Assembly: GCA_024704765.1 (NCBI GenBank)
Contig: JAKMXF010000147.1
Coordinates: 1-13,523, forward strand
Direction of reading: 5' to 3'
DNA length: 13,523 bases
DNA from: Oopsacas minuta
Taxonomy: Eukaryota > Animalia > Porifera
A program made the translations under genes and the position numbers. Below the pieces are notes generated by a model that was not told where the DNA came from, made no database searches, and saw only the letters and a list, made by a program, of their open reading frames with translations. This document shows positions 9,735 to 13,523 of this stretch, piece by piece (the stretch's first letter is position 1; the number at the start of each line of letters is the position of its first letter).

Positions 9735-10127
9735 ATTCCAACCCCCGTTTATTCGAGCCCCTAGAGTAAATATCAGTCTAATTTACTTAGCCTACGTAAA
9801 TTTATAGAGACTTGGTAGCACTGATTTCTGATCACCTTTACGAAGAAGATGTGTTTGCAGGAATAAATATATCATAAAAAACAGCTACATTATTGATTTC
9901 TAGAAAGGCCCGAGCAAATTTTCTGTTGATCAATTTTTGGTTATCAACAGGAAAGCAAGTAAGTACTATTTGGTTGAACCAGAATATTGAATTATCCGGC
10001 AAAGGTCCCATTATTATAGCAACTACATATAATTATTTTCGGTAACTAATCTAAGAATTCAATTATTCTAGCAAACCAAAATAGAATTCAAATTGGACGT
10101 ATCCCCTTGGGAAAGAAATATTTTTAA
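9735..10127 (+). other. candidate chain of short-intron exons of an unidentified host gene or pseudogene
   Basis: GT-AG-bounded segments 9735-9765, 9808-9958, 9983-10041 and 10085-10127 join in phase to give SNPRLFEPLEDLVALISDHLYEEDVFAGINIS*KTATLLISRKARANFLLINFWLSTGKQNIELSGKGPIIIATTYNYFRIQIGRIPLGKKYF*. One internal TAA (9875-9877). No family recognised, and splice sites were chosen by eye. Confidence 0.3.
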
Positions 10128-12425
10128 GTATAAACCGAAGTTCTCCATATCTGAATATTTCGTCATGTACGAATACTTATTAATTCTTTTCAGTTCACAC
10201 ACTTGTTTCGTAGTTTGGTGCCCTGGGTTTGTTAATCCAGAGCTGAGGCGTAGCTAGGGTTAAAAGATTTCCCGGTGTAGCCTGGGCAGGTCTGGCAATA
10301 GATGCTCCGCTGGTTCAGGGCATTATCCCATATAGATGTATCAGAGGCCCGGCCCCCAATCCAGTGGACCGAATAGATCAGTTTGCGAGCTTTGTGAGCA
10401 AAATCCCATTCAGGACTCACCGCTATGCTAAGTGAGACGGGCTGTTTTTAATTTGTAATGAGGTACCAATTAAAGGAATATTTTCGTTAGTTACTGCAGT
10501 TTCTATTTCAAGTCTCCACTGATTAAAATTTCTTTATGTTAGAAACTCACTCCCATAAAAACATTCTATAATTAGTCTCAGGTGCAATAAATTTCTGACC
10601 GACATATAATTAATGAGTATAATTGCGAGTCAAAAAATATTTATTCGAGGATTAGCGAGCGGGACAATTTAGTGCTGGTCTCGAACACAAAGTTAAGCCC
10701 GCGTGCAACTCTAAATGTTTGACAGACTTTTATACGCATTAGAGTATCTTCATATATGTTTACAAAACACATTTACCGCTTAACATTCGATTCAATTAAC
10801 GCACTGTTTCAGTTTCCTATCCTGGGAGTAATTACCCCCTTTGAATAATTTAACCATAATGAAGGGGTATTTGAAAAAGTCCTTAAATAATAATTGAATG
10901 GAGTTGTACTTTTATACTTTGGCATAGTTGGGATATTCTTTGGATTACCTGTGTCAAGCTATACTGTGTTGGTTCATTATTATACTAGTTATACTAAAGT
11001 TCATTATTTTGATTCTAATTTATTCTGCATGAATAAATATAAATCGGTTAGAAGCAGGAGAAGTCCCATTTTTGTGCGAACCCAGGTCAAAAGTTTATGA
11101 TTTTTTGTAAATTCCACCAATTATTACCTCTACATGGAAACAACAACTTGTTATCATGATAAACTCATAAGTATCATAATCGGATTTGGCTTATCATATA
11201 CGAATTCTAAATATAATATTAGCGCGCTTCGCTTGCTACACCCGCGCACCTGCCAATCTTTGTCACATTATATCTCTGGACAGAGCCGAAATTTACTCAT
11301 TAGTTTGGGTAAAATTTAATACTTAGAATTACTTGTTCAGGGAATCCATGGATGCAAAGATTATTTGAATCTCCGAAGTAGAACACTTCTAGAACTGATT
11401 CAATAATGATTAATCATCGTCTTGAAACACAATTTGCCTGCTTTATGCGAAATTCCTGGACTGTTCAGCTTGTTGAAGGGAGTTGAAACATAAATATTTC
11501 ACAGATTTGCTGTTCATATACTTATACATCATCATGTAATTATTAATGACGATCGTAATAATTATATAGCAAACCACATGTTTAACGCCTGGAATATTTT
11601 TATCCAGTGTCACTCGAATAATCCGCTTTAAATGATGCAGCGATATATAGTGATTTATTTAGTTCTGTGCTAAAGGGAGGTAGTCAGGGTAAGATGACAA
11701 ATATCCTTTTCAGCTGACATCAGAACAACATGAGGGATGACTCCCCTGACCCTCAACATTTAATTATTATTCGATTAATTGAAATCATTATAGCATCATT
11801 TAATTATTCAAGAAATCAAATGCCACTTGACAAGCGCTGATAATTTTATTGCAATAAATTTTAGCAGTCAAAAAGTGTTTGCTATCTTCAATGCTTATAA
11901 GATGGTAACACAACATGCTAAACATTTATCAAGCGAATTCTTATTTTTCGTTATGTTTATTGGGTAAGCCCAGATTATGCAATGATAAGATTTAAAAAGT
12001 GTTAATATGTTAATTTATCAGACACAAAATATATAAATAGTCACCCATGAGAATTAGAAAATATGGAAATGCGTTTGGCCTAGAATTATTTTTGCTTGCG
12101 AAAGGCGTTCTGACTGAAACTTCAAACAAAATGAAATCTCAGTATTTAATGCTGTATGAAATTTTTATGAAATTTATTTCAACATGAATTCATTTAAATA
12201 TCACTAGATAAAGGGTGGCTGAACCACATGGGCTAGCGATAAGTTGTCCCAACCTTTGGTCTAGGGGAAAATCCTCTTACCTTTTGACACCTTTTATGTG
12301 TAGATTAGTAGATGATGCTCATTAATTTTGAAAGGGCATTGATTGGACGGCGCATTGTGGGACCAGCATATATAAACGAAGTTATCTTAAATAAATTCAT
12401 GAAATGACTTATACTCTCTTATGTA

Positions 12426-12450
12426 CAGTCTGTTACATACTTATTTGGAA
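12426..12450 (+). repeat. candidate right terminal inverted repeat of the Tc1 element
   Basis: TA|CAGTCTGTTACATACTTATTTGGAA (TA at 12424-12425). It has a Tc1-like CAGT start, but the partner is outside the window, so the length is uncertain. Confidence 0.65.
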
Positions 12451-12531
12451 TCAAGGATTAGTTTATCACACGATCGGATTTACTCTCACACAATACTAAA
12501 ATTGCCTAAAATATTCTCAAGAGGTGTATAA

Positions 12532-13504
12532 TCAATATTTAATTGGTAGGCCTCTTGAGTCAATAACCATTTGACGCCTACGTGGTATTGAAGACCAATA
12601 TGACTCTAGAAAATTAGAATCTAGCCTGCTCCAGGTAATTTCCAGCATTTTCTTCAGCTCTGAAATTGTCTTTGGGACTAGTTTAGTTAATTCTTGCTTA
12701 ACCCACGCGAACAGATTTTCAATAGGATTGAGATCAGGGCTTTGTGATGGCCACAGAAGTACTTCTGGTAAATTAGTACTCAACCAATTCTTAACCTTTG
12801 TCGCTGTATGCTTAGGATCGTTATCTATTACGAGTTGCCAATCATTTCCATGGAAAACTTCAGTCTGAGTTAGGAGATGACCCTGAAGTATGTCTAGGAA
12901 CAATGAACTGTCCATATTCGTTGTAGATATGCACAAAGGGAAAGTCCCAATGGAAGAGAATGCGCCCAAACATTTAATTTTGGAGTATGTTTAGTGGTGG
13001 AGACAAATGTTTTCTGATCAGATTTGTCCACATCTTCATTCGACCCCTGGACAGCCAAATCGATATTTCATCAGCAAAGACAGTCTTGGCCCACTGTTTT
13101 TTGGGGTATTTAAACTTCTTTGCCCATTGGACACGAAACCATCGATTTGTTTCACTCAGCATAGGTACTTTTGTGGGATATTTCTTAGAATTTTTAGAAT
13201 CGACTAAGGCTCGGCATACAGTCTGGTAGGATATAGGCATAGGAACTCTACTTGCCAATGTTCTTAGTGATAAGTATGGTTTTTGTCTTATTTGTTGGCT
13301 AATCGACTGTTTAATCCTATTTCTCAATGAGCATGGTCTTCCAGCTCCTTTTTGATGGGAGATATCAATTCCTTTTGCTAGTTTGGCCTTTACATAATAT
13401 ACACTAGACAAGCTTACATGAGCAATTTGAGCAATTTCTTTTGAGGTATGGCTGTTAGCTTCTAGTAATAACTTGATAGTATTTCTCTTATGCAATTGAG
13501 CCAT
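12532..13504 (-). pseudogene. Tc1 DD34E transposase with two 1-bp frameshifts
   Basis: HTH with GAGRP; FADE (D 13070-13072); DNDPKH (D 12823-12825); SPDLNPIE (E 12718-12720), with 34 residues between D and E. Restoring one A at 13023-13025 and one G at 12965-12967 gives MWTKSDQKTFVSTTKHTPKLNVWGAFSSIG and joins the two track ORFs. Ends IKY-TGA. Confidence 0.92.
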
Positions 13505-13523
13505 CTGAAATAGCTAATACTTA

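Larger units (their letters stand above)
12426..13523 (-). mobile_element. Tc1-type (DD34E) DNA transposon, left end beyond window
   Basis: Tc1 transposase at 12532-13504 and a TA-flanked CAGT-type terminus at 12424-12450, about 105 bp after the stop codon. Confidence 0.9.

Noticed and set aside
8457-10127. Ciliate-type genetic code (TAA/TAG = Gln) for the whole window
   Set aside because: The maT ORF ends in TAA at the expected C-terminus, neither long transposase frame contains in-frame TAA/TAG, and stop density in other protein-looking frames is near random expectation.
10833-10869. TACCCCCTT...AAGGGGTA hairpin
   Set aside because: Only an 8-9-bp stem, with no terminator or Helitron end context.
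12965-13025. Programmed ribosomal frameshifting to join the Tc1 ORFs
   Set aside because: Two separate shifts would be needed, no canonical slippery heptamer is present, and Tc1 transposases are normally a single frame.
12987-13229. Plus-strand ORFs 12987-13229 and 13007-13207
   Set aside because: Antisense shadows of the Tc1 transposase.

Overview
AT-rich eukaryotic genomic DNA dominated by cut-and-paste DNA transposons. I found no prokaryotic operon features, rRNA, tRNA or CRISPR array. Three Tc1/mariner lineages are present. (1) The 5' part of a mariner element on the minus strand (1-603); its transposase frame runs off the window and is missed by the ORF track. (2) An apparently intact 1311-bp DD37D (maT-type) element (2413-3723) with perfect 28-bp terminal inverted repeats, a TA target duplication and an uninterrupted 342-aa transposase. 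(3) A DD34E Tc1 element on the minus strand (12426 to window end) whose transposase is broken by two 1-bp losses in short homopolymers. A decayed, internally deleted hAT (ZMYM1/DUF4371-type) transposase lies at about 6604-7310. There is also a degenerate pogo/Tigger-like MITE (9476-9695) and several hAT-like terminal motifs. Some stretches look like short-intron exons of host genes or pseudogenes (8457-10127 +, 5240-5395 -, 4238-4409 -), but these are low confidence. I cannot support a novel biological system here. The best leads are the potentially active maT element and the cryptic spliced frame with in-frame TAA codons.
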